A stretch of DNA of 64,000 nucleotides from Gammaproteobacteria bacterium (GTDB lineage Bacteria > Pseudomonadota > Gammaproteobacteria > Eutrophobiales > Eutrophobiaceae). Numbering within the stretch: position 1 is the stretch's first letter; each line of letters begins with the position of its first letter. Shown piece by piece: positions 21,950 through 32,639 of the stretch. The stretch is from contig OZ250183.1 of assembly GCA_965238225.1 (NCBI GenBank), positions 1,216,001 to 1,280,000 of the forward strand, read 5' to 3'. Under the pieces are notes generated by a model. The model was not told the DNA's origin. It did no database searches and saw nothing but the letters and a program-made list of their open reading frames with translations. The position numbers were made by a program, and so were the translations under genes.

Positions 21950-23668
21950 TTAGATTAGATTATATAGATAAAATAACAAAGACCCTAGAAGGAATGCAAT
22001 AACCACAAAAATAGAAGAATTTATCTGTGACGTTTTAGTAATAAACCCTTTAGCACCATAAATACATGCAGTACCTAAACTAATACTGCGCAATATTTTC
22101 TTTGTCTTTTCGCTAACATAAGTAGCAAATGAACAATAAATTATTTTTATAGAATTCCAGCTACACGGCAAGATTTTTCTATAAATCCATTCCACATCGA
22201 TATTAATAGAACGCAATTCTGGTGGATATAAATTTTGTTTCTGCAACCAGACAAAGGCCAACGCCGAGAAGAATAATATTTGTAACTGCGCAAGTACATG
22301 CGTCATATCATACGGGCTATAAACAATAACCTTAGGCAGTAATCCATAGAGTATTTGCGGTTGTATACCGATGAATATACACAGCAACGCTGAAATTGTC
22401 ATCGCAATCAACATGTTATTCGGCGGATCGCTAACACGAATGCCAGAATCATGAGCAAAAAATGCAAAGTAAGGTATCTTAATGCCGGCATGATGAAAAA
22501 CGCCAGCTGAAGCAAATAGTAATGCCAACCAAACACCGTGATAACCTTCCGTAAGCGCGGCACTCATTACCATAGACTTACTGACAAAACCACTAAATAA
22601 AGGAAATGCAGAAATAGAGGCCGCGCCAATAATGCAAAGGACGGTTGTTTTCGGCATCGTTTTATAAAGCCCGCCAAGTTCTGAGCCATTCATACGTCCT
22701 GTCATATGTAATACTGCCCCCATAGACATAAATAACAAGCCTTTAAATATCACATCAGTAAAAGCATGAGCGACGGCTCCATTGATACTTAAGGCGGTAC
22801 CAATGCCAATACCACAAACCATAAATCCTAATTGGTTTATCATGCTGTATCCCAAAACACGTCTAAGATCATTTTCTATCACTGCATAAAAAATTGGAAA
22901 ACAGGTCATGATCATGCCTATATAAACGAGTAGTTCCGTGCCCGGATATGCGCGCGCCATACAGTATATGGCTACTTTAGTCGTGAAAGCGGCAAGAAAA
23001 ACTGCACCTGTTGGTGTTGCCTGAGGATAGGCATCTGTTAACCAATTATGAAAAAACGGAAAAGCACATTTGATTCCAAAGGCAAGAAAAATTAGCCATG
23101 AAGCTAAATCACTAAACCTTGAGTTATCCAACAAACCAATATATTCAAATTGGGCACTACCCGTTTCGTAAATAAGCAAAGCAGCACCAATCAGTAATAA
23201 CATCCCTGAACTCATCTGTATAATGAGGTAACGAAATCCTGAAGCTATTGCCTCATTTGTGCGTCTTGCCCATACCAAAAATACTGATGCAACAGCCATC
23301 AGCTCAAAAAAGATAAATAGTGTAATGAGGTCGCCAGCGAACACTGCCCCTAATGCACTGCCTATATAAAATAAGCCAGAAATTTGTTGCATGGTATCGC
23401 GTACATGCAAGGAATAAATGATGCAAATTAAGGCGGCGATATGAAACAAATAACCGAATAATAAGCTAAGCCTGTCAACTCGATAAAGCTCTAACTCGTA
23501 AGCAAATAAAGAAATTTGCCAAGTGTTCCCTGCGTCTAGGCCAATAAGCCCAAATCCACTTAAAATTGGCACTGCCAATAATAATATATTGCGTACGTAG
23601 CCGTGTAAAAACGGCAACAATAATGCTGCAATAAAAAATAAGATAAACGGGGGAAAGCTACTTGCCAC
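21950..23668 (-). CDS. mrpD: Na+/H+ antiporter subunit D (MrpD/NuoL-like)
   Basis: Multi-TM; HNWLTDAYP, FTTKVA, ENDLRRVLGYS, HAFTDVIFKGLLF. Confidence 0.85.
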   Translation of the reverse strand: MASSFPPFILFFIAALLLPFLHGYVRNILLLAVPILSGFGLIGLDAGNTWQISLFAYELELYRVDRLSLLFGYLFHIAALICIIYSLHVRDTMQQISGLFYIGSALGAVFAGDLITLFIFFELMAVASVFLVWARRTNEAIASGFRYLIIQMSSGMLLLIGAALLIYETGSAQFEYIGLLDNSRFSDLASWLIFLAFGIKCAFPFFHNWLTDAYPQATPTGAVFLAAFTTKVAIYCMARAYPGTELLVYIGMIMTCFPIFYAVIENDLRRVLGYSMINQLGFMVCGIGIGTALSINGAVAHAFTDVIFKGLLFMSMGAVLHMTGRMNGSELGGLYKTMPKTTVLCIIGAASISAFPLFSGFVSKSMVMSAALTEGYHGVWLALLFASAGVFHHAGIKIPYFAFFAHDSGIRVSDPPNNMLIAMTISALLCIFIGIQPQILYGLLPKVIVYSPYDMTHVLAQLQILFFSALAFVWLQKQNLYPPELRSINIDVEWIYRKILPCSWNSIKIIYCSFATYVSEKTKKILRSISLGTACIYGAKGFITKTSQINSSIFVVIAFLLGSLLFYLYNLI

Positions 23669-23915
23669 TATAATAGTCTTCGTCTCGCATAAGCATTTTA
23701 CGTATCTGCGTCGCTATAAGCACTAAAACTACGCAAGCAATAAACCCGAAAATGGCATAAAATCCGAATATATCTTCCCATGAGTGAATTGTATGTCGAT
23801 GAATAAAGATATCGGCCACTACCAAAAAACCGCAGATAGCATAGAAAATTCGCAAGACGAAATTTATATTCTCTGAGTTATCAAAATAATATTCTTTCTT
23901 GTTAGACATAATCAT
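23658..23915 (-). CDS. Small 2-TM protein of Mrp operons
   Basis: GFYAIFGFIACVVLV...LMRDEDYY; embedded between mrpD paralogues. Confidence 0.7.
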   Translation of the reverse strand: MIMSNKKEYYFDNSENINFVLRIFYAICGFLVVADIFIHRHTIHSWEDIFGFYAIFGFIACVVLVLIATQIRKMLMRDEDYYSGK

Positions 23916-23988
23916 AATTCTCCTAGATAATTTTCTAGATAATTCACTCTGCTAATTTACTGCAAAACTATTTATTTAGTGTACTAAT

Positions 23989-25431
23989 TTATTTCACAAC
24001 AGACTGCATTAATTCATACACAGATTCTGGATAGAAAAACAGAGCCACGCATCCAAAACTTGTAATTGCCATTGCGATTAAACAAGGCAATGGTGCTTCT
24101 TTGAAGCCTTTTGCCGCGCAATCAGGTTCACTGATAAACCCTTGCACAGGAATACACAAGAGATAAATTACATTTAATAAGGAGCTAACGAGCAACACCA
24201 AAAGTGGAATATAATGCTCCGTTTCTAATGTCCCTAATACTAAAAACCATTTACTCCACATGCCCCCTGTCGGAGGCAATCCAATAATACTCATACTCCC
24301 GATCAAAAAAGCCATCATGGTAAACGGCATGGTTTTTCCCAAACCGCGCATCTCGCTTACCTTGGTCTTATGGCTTGTTATCATGATAGCGCCCGCACAA
24401 AAAAACAAAGTAATTTTCCCGAATGCATGCATAGCAATGTGCATACCACTGCCAATAATACCAGCAGTACTGACTAACATTGTGCCCAATACAATATAGG
24501 CCAATTGACTCACAGTAGAATAGGCTAGCCTTGCTTTCAGATTGTCCTTGCTCATGGCAATGATAGAGGCAATTAAAATTGTCGCCGTCGCTATATATAT
24601 TAACCATTCGCTTGCGCTGGTTTCTACCAAAAAATCAATGCCAAATATATATACAGTAATTTTTAACACAGTAAACACGCCCGCCTTAACTACAGCAACG
24701 GCATGCAACAATGCACTGACAGGTGTTGGGGCAACCATGGCTTTCGGTAACCAATGATGAAAGGGCATCAAAGCTGCTTTACCAATACCAAACACATAAA
24801 GCGCAAAGAGCGTGATGACGACGAATTCTGTTGTTTTGCCTGCGAGAATGCCGCCCGGAGTAAAATCCAGAGTCCCGGCAATAAACCATGTCCAGATGAT
24901 TGCCAACAATTGCAACCCGATAGATGTTCCTAATAATATGCCAAGATAAATACGACCGGAACGCTTTGCGTCCTCAGTACCGCTATGTGTCAGTAATGGG
25001 TAGGTGGTTATTGTTAATAATTCATAAAAAACAAAGAGCGTAAACATATTAGCGCTGAAAGCTAACCCCATAACTGATGATAATGCCAAGGCAAAGAAGA
25101 CATAAAAACGCGTTTGATTCTGCTCATGGTGAGCGCGCATATAACCTATGGAATATATTGATGTGGCGATCCAAAGAAAACTGGAAACCAGAGCAAATAA
25201 TACCCCCAAAGGCTCGACTGCAAAAGCTAGACTAATCCCTGGGATGAACTCCAATAATGTAACTGCAAGTATGTCTCCTGCATTCAAAAACGCATATATC
25301 TGACATACAATTACGAACATGCCAATTGCAGACACCAAAGTGACCGCTTCACGTAAATTTGCATGGCGACCCGTTAAACCAATTAATAAGGCACCAATTG
25401 CAGGAACCAAGATAGCAGCTTCAATCAACAT
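23989..25431 (-). CDS. mrpD: Monovalent cation/H+ antiporter subunit D family
   Basis: HHWLPKAMVAPTPVSALLHAVAVVKAG, KARLAYSTVSQL. Confidence 0.88.
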   Translation of the reverse strand: MLIEAAILVPAIGALLIGLTGRHANLREAVTLVSAIGMFVIVCQIYAFLNAGDILAVTLLEFIPGISLAFAVEPLGVLFALVSSFLWIATSIYSIGYMRAHHEQNQTRFYVFFALALSSVMGLAFSANMFTLFVFYELLTITTYPLLTHSGTEDAKRSGRIYLGILLGTSIGLQLLAIIWTWFIAGTLDFTPGGILAGKTTEFVVITLFALYVFGIGKAALMPFHHWLPKAMVAPTPVSALLHAVAVVKAGVFTVLKITVYIFGIDFLVETSASEWLIYIATATILIASIIAMSKDNLKARLAYSTVSQLAYIVLGTMLVSTAGIIGSGMHIAMHAFGKITLFFCAGAIMITSHKTKVSEMRGLGKTMPFTMMAFLIGSMSIIGLPPTGGMWSKWFLVLGTLETEHYIPLLVLLVSSLLNVIYLLCIPVQGFISEPDCAAKGFKEAPLPCLIAMAITSFGCVALFFYPESVYELMQSVVK

Positions 25432-25435
25432 TAAT

Positions 25436-26974
25436 TTACTGACCTCCTATTAGATAAGTAGCTGCCTGTCTTGAAATATCAGTGACCCAGGATGGGTTGA
25501 CGCCGCAATAAATATTAGCAAAGATAATTATCCACACAGGGAGCAACATAGAAAGCGGCGCTTCTTTGTATTGACTTGCTTTGCTATTTGCCTCGGCATT
25601 TTTTTGCGCGTCAATATTATCATGTATCATTTTCGAAGTATTTTTTCTAGGACACTGAAAATAAAGCACTTCGACGACCTTCCATACATAAATAACAGTC
25701 AGAACTGATCCTAATAAAATTAAGAAAGCCAACCACCACCAATCTTTTTCCAGTGCAGCAACTACCAAATACCACTTACTGATAAAACCTGCCGTCAATG
25801 GCATGCCTATAAGGCTTAGCCCGCCAATAATAAAGGTCATCGTTGTCTGTGGCATTTGTCTGCCGATACCCTTCATATCTTTCAGTGAGACCGAATTAAA
25901 ACGAAAAAAGAAACATCCAACACTCATAAATAAAGTTGTTTTAATTAAGGCATGATTAAATAAATGTAATACCCCTGCCATGAGTCCAGTCACAGAAACC
26001 AAGCTAACACCCAAAACCATATATCCAATCTGGGCAATACTAGAATAGGCCAATATTTTTTTAATATTATCTTGATATATTGCTGCGAGTGAGCCACTAA
26101 AGATAGCCAACAAGGCTGCTACCATCAAAATAATATCTAAATGCATCGTTGCAAAAGCATATTCAGCGCCAAATACTGTAAATATGAATCTAAGCAACAC
26201 ATAAATAAATACCTTACTGGTGGTTCCAGATAAAAATGCGGAAACTACTGAAGGCGCATAGGTATAGGCATTAGGCAACCAATAATGCAAAGGAAATAAA
26301 CCAAATTTAATACAGACACCCACGGTAAAAAATGCAAACGCAACAGCGATGGTTCGTGTGTCCTCTACCTCTTGAATACGGTGACCCATATCAGTGATAT
26401 TCAATGTCCCAGTCATGACATACAAAAAACCAACGCCAATAAGAATGAATGTCGCCCCGACAGTCCCCAGTATTAAATAGCGAAAGGTGGCTAATAATGC
26501 CGGTTTTTCCATAGAGGCACTTATCATTGCGTATGAAGAAAGCGATGCAATCTCAACAAAAACAAAGACATTAAAGGCATCGCCAGTGATAACAACACCG
26601 CATAACCCTGCTAGATGTAGTAGAAAAGCTGTATAAAAAAGGTAAATTCGGTCTCCTGCGATTTCTTTACGCACGCACGCGCGCGCAAATAACATCACAA
26701 TGGATGCAATGCCTGTGACAATTAATAAAACAAAGGCATTCAAAATATCTACACGGTATTCGATCCCCCATGGTGCAGCCCAGCTACCAATGGCATAAAT
26801 AATCTCGCCGGATGCTAGAACTTCTCTAAAAAGAAGCGTAGCAATGATAAGACTGACCCAACATACCAACAAAACAACACCCCAAGCCAAATTATGTCTG
26901 CGTAAAAATAGACATAGCGGTGCAAACAATAAGGGGATAACAACCTGTAAAATGGGTAAATGCTGAGAAATCAC
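25436..26974 (-). CDS. mrpD: Monovalent cation/H+ antiporter subunit D family
   Basis: TGDAFNVFVFVEI, FPLHYWLPNAY, LAYSSIAQIGY. Confidence 0.88.
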   Translation of the reverse strand: MISQHLPILQVVIPLLFAPLCLFLRRHNLAWGVVLLVCWVSLIIATLLFREVLASGEIIYAIGSWAAPWGIEYRVDILNAFVLLIVTGIASIVMLFARACVRKEIAGDRIYLFYTAFLLHLAGLCGVVITGDAFNVFVFVEIASLSSYAMISASMEKPALLATFRYLILGTVGATFILIGVGFLYVMTGTLNITDMGHRIQEVEDTRTIAVAFAFFTVGVCIKFGLFPLHYWLPNAYTYAPSVVSAFLSGTTSKVFIYVLLRFIFTVFGAEYAFATMHLDIILMVAALLAIFSGSLAAIYQDNIKKILAYSSIAQIGYMVLGVSLVSVTGLMAGVLHLFNHALIKTTLFMSVGCFFFRFNSVSLKDMKGIGRQMPQTTMTFIIGGLSLIGMPLTAGFISKWYLVVAALEKDWWWLAFLILLGSVLTVIYVWKVVEVLYFQCPRKNTSKMIHDNIDAQKNAEANSKASQYKEAPLSMLLPVWIIIFANIYCGVNPSWVTDISRQAATYLIGGQ

Positions 26975-27009
26975 GAAGGTATATTCATTGGTTTCATTTG
27001 GCTCATCAA

Positions 27010-27366
27010 TTAGTCTTTATCCATTTCGTTAATCTTGCTCTCATGAATACTTTTGTATGCCTCATAAATACGAATTGTCAACGCAAGGCCAAATGCAGTG
27101 GTTGCGATACCTACGACAATGGCTGTTAATATCAGGACATGCGGCAGGGGCGCTGCATATTGGGTGTAATTTTCTGAATAAATAGGAGCCGTACCACCAG
27201 AGAGATAGCCCATTGATATAAAAATAATAAATACAGATACTTGAAAAATATTCAAACCGATAAGCTTTTTAATTAAATTATCATCGGCGATGACGATATA
27301 AAACCCTATCATCATAAGCACGCTGGCTATCCAATAATTATAAAGCCCTAATAAATTTTCCATCAA
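27010..27366 (-). CDS. mrpC: Cation/H+ antiporter subunit C
   Basis: NLIKKLIGL, PLPHVLILTAIVVG. Confidence 0.9.
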   Translation of the reverse strand: MMENLLGLYNYWIASVLMMIGFYIVIADDNLIKKLIGLNIFQVSVFIIFISMGYLSGGTAPIYSENYTQYAAPLPHVLILTAIVVGIATTAFGLALTIRIYEAYKSIHESKINEMDKD

Positions 27367-27809
27367 AAAAACCTAAATATGTATTAACGTTCTATCTATA
27401 CATAAAGCAGTATAATTAAAACATAGCAAAACCCCTTCAAATGGTGAGACATGATGTTAAATAAACTTATATCCTCTCAGCATATATTATATCTACTTTA
27501 CTCACGGAAAGTTAATATATGTTCTAAATTTTTAAAAAGATAAATAAGAATTGTAGCGCACTGGATTATCTCGTACTAAACCGATGACCAGAAAAGGTAT
27601 AGTTAGCTATCTTTCGATTTATCAGCTGGTAGTTCGTATAAGACTTTTTTTGTTAATATCGTCCTGATTACAAGGCAAAAATCATTAAAAATATGACCTT
27701 AAAGCCTGTGCAAGATAATAAAGTATTGGAGTGTTTACTGTGCGGTTTGAATATTATTAATCAACTTAAGAAAGTTTATGAGGAACTTTAGACTAAGGCA
27801 GCCTGAATA

Positions 27810-27839
27810 AATAAAGGGATCTACATAGATCCCTTTATT
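27810..27839 (-). terminator. Inverted-repeat terminator downstream of the RTX gene
   Basis: AATAAAGGGATCT-ACAT-AGATCCCTTTATT perfect hairpin. Confidence 0.75.
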
Positions 27840-27894
27840 GTTATTGTCTTAACTTAAACCTTTTATTTCACTTAAATCTGCTGTGATTAAGCTA

Positions 27895-30721
27895 TTAGGC
27901 AGTTTGCCATGTTTCAGTCAATACTGTTTGCAAGCTATCAGCAACATCTTGTGCTATGACATTACCTGCACCAAGTGGTACATCATAAGCTGCCATGGCA
28001 TTGACTAATTTGTAGACATCATCTTGTAGTAACACTGATGAACCAACTTGGAAACTATCTAGTTTGGCATCATCATCATTTGCGTACCAGCGCCTCACCC
28101 TCACTTGATCATCGGTGCCAACGACAGTAATCAGTAAGTCTGTATCGTCTGCATTACCTGCATAGGATGTTTTACTTCGGCTAAACCACAAGTCTTGTGT
28201 GTCTATAGCCTGAAATAGTAATTTATCTTCATCCGTACCTTCGTCCGCTGAGTCTGTATCATAATTATGAATGGTTAGATTATCGTCACCTCGGGAAAAT
28301 AGATAAGTATCGTTACCGTTACCTCCAACCAAGATGTCAGCGCCGTTTTGTCCATACAGGAAATCGTCACCATCACCTCCATTCAAGTAATCACGACCAG
28401 CACCTCCATACAGGAAATCGTTACCATTATCTCCATACAATGTATCCCCCTCACCGGAACCACCGCTTAGTACATCATCGCCGGCACCTCCAACCAAGGT
28501 ATCGTTACCGTCACCTCCATATAGGAAATCGTTACCAGCACCCCCATGCAAGGTACTCGAACCACCGCCAAGCTCTTCCAGTAGATCATTACCACTGCCA
28601 CCAAGGAAATAGCCACCACCAAAGAAAGAGCCATCGCTCCTCCCATACGAGTTTTCTGGCAATGTCCATACAGTACCGTCAGCAAACTCAACTTGGTCTA
28701 ATAGGTAATCATCACTTAGGAAGTGATCGTAAATCGTTATAGTCTCTGTTGTGTTATTAGGGCTGTTTACTTGTAATAGAAGATTATTATCTGCGCGAGT
28801 TACTCGAACATCTGTAGTAGCAATGCCTGCGTCAAGTTTCAAGGTATCTGTGCTATTGCTTGTATCAAGGTTATGAATGCTTGTATCACCGTCACCTAAA
28901 GAAAACCGATAAATATCGTTACCGTTACCGCCAACTAAGACATCCGTACCAGAGCCACCGCTTAGTACATCATCGCCATTTTGGCCGTACAGGGTATCGT
29001 CACCGTTATCGCCGTTTAAGGTATCATCGCCGTTTTGTCCGTACAGGGTATCGTCACCGTCACCGCCATTTAAGGTATCGTTATCGTTACCGCCGTATAG
29101 TGTATCTGTGCCGTTACCTCCATTCAGGGTATCGTTATCGTTACCTCCGAACAAGATATCCGTACCAGAGCCACCGCTTAGTACATCATCACCGTTTTGT
29201 CCATACAGCTTATCGTCACCGTTACCGCCATTTAAGGTATCGTTATCGTTACCGCCGTATAGTGTATCTGTGCCGTTACCGCCATTTAAGATATCGTTGC
29301 CAGTCCAGCCGCCTAAGATATCGTCGCCGTCATCGCCGTTTAAGGTATCGTTACCAGCACCTCCATTTAAGGTATCGTTATCGTTACCGCCAGACAAGAT
29401 ATCCGCACCAGAACCACCGCTTAGTACATCATCACCGTTTTGTCCATACAGCTTATCGTCACCGTCACCGCCATTTAAGGTATCGTTATCGTTACCGCCG
29501 TATAGTGTATCTGTGCCGTTACCTCCGAACAGGGTATCGTTATCGTTACCGCCAGCCAAGGTATCGCTACCGTCATCCCCATTCAAGTAATCCTCACCGT
29601 TTTGTCCATACAGCTTATCGTCACCGTTACCGCCATTTAAGGTATCGTTATCGTTACCGCCGTATAGTGTATCTGTGCCGTTACCGCCATTTAAGATATC
29701 GTTGCCAGTCCAGCCGCCTAAGATATCGTCGCCGTCATCGCCACTTAAGGTATCGTTACCAGCATTTCCATACAGGGTATCGTTATCGTCATCTCCAAAC
29801 AGGGTATCGTCACCGCTACCGCCAACCAAGGTATCGTCACCGGCATCTCCACTCAAGTAATCCTCACCGTCACCGCCAGACAAGGTATCCGTACCAGAAC
29901 CGCCAACCAAGGTATCGTTGCCGTCATCTCCATACAGCTTATCGTTATCGTTACCTCCGTATAGGGTATCCGTACCAGAACCACCGCTTAGTACATCATC
30001 GCCGTTTTGTCCGTACAGGATATCGACACCGGCATCTCCATACAGGGTATCGTCACACCGCCACCAAGATATCGTCAGACAAGATATCGTCACCGTACCG
30101 CCATTTAAGGTATCCTACCAGAACCGCAAGGTATCGTTACCGTTTTGTCCCAGCTTATCACCGTCATCACCGTAAGGGTATCCGTACCAGAACCACCGAG
30201 CAGTGCATCGTCACCGGCATCTCCATACAGGGTATCGTTATCGTTACCGCCAAACAAGATATCCGCACCAGAACCACCGCTTAGTGCATCATCGCCGTTT
30301 TGTCCGTACAGGGTATCGACACCGGCATCTCCATACAGGGTATCGTCACCGGCATCTCCATACAGGAAATCGTCACCGTCACCGCCATTTAAGGTATCGA
30401 CACCGGCATCTCCATACAGGGTATCGTCACCGTCATCCCCTTTTAAGATATCTACGCGCCTGCGCCGCCGTTTAAGTAATCATCACCGTCACCGCCATTT
30501 AAGGTATCGTCACCGGCATTTCCAAACAGGATATCGTTATCTCCATTCAGGGTATCGTTACCGTCATCTCCAAACAGGGTATCGTTACCGTTACCGCCAT
30601 TTAAGGTATCGTTACCGGCATTTCCATACAGGGTATCGTTACCGGCATTTCCATGCAGGGTATCGTTGTCACCAAGACCTTCTAATCGATCATCACCATC
30701 ACCACCATTAACATTAGCCAT
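27895..30721 (-). CDS. RTX calcium-binding repeat protein (type I secretion substrate), frameshifted as assembled
   Basis: GGxGxDxLx nonapeptides run from the start [13 protein letters not shown] (30721). Frame breaks at about 30455 and 30057-30176. C-terminal T1SS signal-like region [18 protein letters not shown]...LVNAMAAY. Confidence 0.85.
28915..30715 (-). repeat. 27-bp-period tandem array encoding roughly 65 RTX nonapeptides
   Basis: Recurrent near-identical 27-nt modules; the ILGGWTGND-containing block recurs 405 bp (15 units) apart, at 29301 and 29706. Confidence 0.9.
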
Positions 30722-31241
30722 AATAATATTCCTGTTATTTATACGTTTTATAAAAGGTTGGTTATTTGTAAGTGTAATCTTTTTTAAATCTTCTTAACGT
30801 TACGGTACAACAATAGTGCTATACAGCGTTCAATCATTAGCCGATATCTTGTTTGCATTTTTGTTGTCATTGGTATTTAAAGATAAATCCTGTCAATGTT
30901 TTGCGTATTTATCTGTGTTTAAGGCTATATCCTTTAATGTACAACTTTTGCTATCACTAAATTGTGATACCCAAAGAAGATACCCTAAAAAAACGTTATA
31001 CGAAAGTGGCAAATACATTAAATGTTGATTTAGCTTTAGATACATAACATGCCTTATACAGGCATTACACTCCCTAACATTGGGGGTATGGTCAAAGATT
31101 GGTGAAAAAGTTCCACACCAGTTTGATTTAGATTATGTTAAATCTAATTTATAAGGCGAAAGCTATTATCCACGTTTGGTATGTTATTTTTTTACACTTT
31201 ATCATATGCCATTGGTTTTTATTGTTCTTTTTATCGTCTTT

Positions 31242-32639
31242 TTATCGCTCCCTGAGGCTTTCTTTTCGAGACCGTAATAATGGTGCCAGAAAAAACTCAA
31301 TGATTCTTCTGTATCCTATTTTCATTTCTGCGGTAACTGCCATACCCGGAATTAACTTTACGTCTTTACCTTTCACTCGGATAGTATCCTTTTCCATTAT
31401 AATGCGCATACCGTAAACCAAGCCGAGATTTTCATCAAATGTGGCATCATCAGAGACAGTCGTTACTTCACCATCAATAATACCGTACTTGGTAAACGGG
31501 AAGGTATGGATTTTAATCTCCGCTGTCATACCTTCGTTGACAAAACCAATATCTTTGTTTGCTAAAAAGACTTCGGCTTCTAATTGTTCTTGGTCAGGCA
31601 CGATAAGCATGAGTTGTTGTGCTCCGGTGACAACGCCGCCAATGGTATTGGCCGCAAGTTCTTGCACCCTGCCTGCAACTGGAGCATAGAGAATTTGTTT
31701 GGCATTTATGTCTTTGGCTTTAATCAGCTCTTCGTTCATTGCCGCTAATTGGCGTTGATACTCGGTTATTTTAGAAAGCTGTTCGGCCTGAGTTTGCGCT
31801 GTAAATGTATTCACTTGTTGTTTAATTTCATTCATCACTGCTTGTAATTGTTTTAGCCGTTGTTTTTCTGAGGCGAGGTTTTGTGTGATCTCAATACGCT
31901 CTTGTTCCAGTGTCAAATATTCATCTTCTGAGGAAAATTTTTGCTCGTAGAGCTTTTTGAATTTTGCAGTACGACGACTCACGATCGGTAAGGTTCTCTT
32001 AAATTTTGTAATTTGCTCACGCGTTGAGGCTTGTTCTGCTGCGGTTTTTGTTAAGCGATTTTGCAATGTTTGTTGTTGTGACCAATATTGTCGCCACTGC
32101 TGCCAAAGGAGTTTTCTATAAAGGCTATTATCGTTTTGCTCGTTTAATGTGATGTGTTCAAACTTCAAGGTTCGTTGTTCATTGTCAGGTTTAGACAATA
32201 AATCAATAAACGCTTTGCTGACAGAAAGATTGCGCTGCATGGTATCAACTTCTACCGCCATGCGCGTTTGATCTGATGAGGTGAGCGTGTTATCTAGTTC
32301 AATTAAAGCCTCACCTTGGGTAACGTATTGCCCCTCTTTAACCAGAATCTTTTTAACAACGGCCTTTTCTAAAGGCTGAATTTGTTTCACCCGAGAGCTT
32401 GGAATAATTTTTCCTTCAGCAGAAGCCACAATATTCACTTCGCCAACACAGACCCAAATGGTACCTAAGACTAGCAGTATAATTAAACTCCAGTTAAGCC
32501 AATGGGCCAGTGGGTGAGGTGGAGCGGCCTGAATTTCCAGCGCTGCTGGTAAAAAGGCGGCGAGCTCACGGGTTTGTTGGCTATCACCAAGTTTCTCTCG
32601 GTGTTGCCAAGCGTCTTTAAATTTTGCAAAAAGACTCAT
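31242..32639 (-). CDS. hlyD: HlyD-family type I secretion membrane fusion protein
   Basis: FLPAALEIQ, KQIQPLE, NKDIGFV, TFPFTKYG, PGMAVTAE. Confidence 0.93.
   Translation of the reverse strand: MSLFAKFKDAWQHREKLGDSQQTRELAAFLPAALEIQAAPPHPLAHWLNWSLIILLVLGTIWVCVGEVNIVASAEGKIIPSSRVKQIQPLEKAVVKKILVKEGQYVTQGEALIELDNTLTSSDQTRMAVEVDTMQRNLSVSKAFIDLLSKPDNEQRTLKFEHITLNEQNDNSLYRKLLWQQWRQYWSQQQTLQNRLTKTAAEQASTREQITKFKRTLPIVSRRTAKFKKLYEQKFSSEDEYLTLEQERIEITQNLASEKQRLKQLQAVMNEIKQQVNTFTAQTQAEQLSKITEYQRQLAAMNEELIKAKDINAKQILYAPVAGRVQELAANTIGGVVTGAQQLMLIVPDQEQLEAEVFLANKDIGFVNEGMTAEIKIHTFPFTKYGIIDGEVTTVSDDATFDENLGLVYGMRIIMEKDTIRVKGKDVKLIPGMAVTAEMKIGYRRIIEFFLAPLLRSRKESLRER

Noticed and set aside
27795-27807. AGGCAGCCTGAA resembling a Neisseriaceae DNA uptake sequence
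   Set aside because: Only one occurrence noticed; uptake sequences are highly repeated.
28440-30711. Long plus-strand ORFs (RYRYRH-rich 474 aa; PPFKVSLSL repeats)
   Set aside because: Antisense shadows of the RTX 27-bp repeats; the minus strand carries the canonical GGxGxD motif.
28915-30715. Possible CRISPR array or DGR template
   Set aside because: Contiguous coding repeats with no unique spacers, no cas or reverse transcriptase gene, and no adenine-specific variation.
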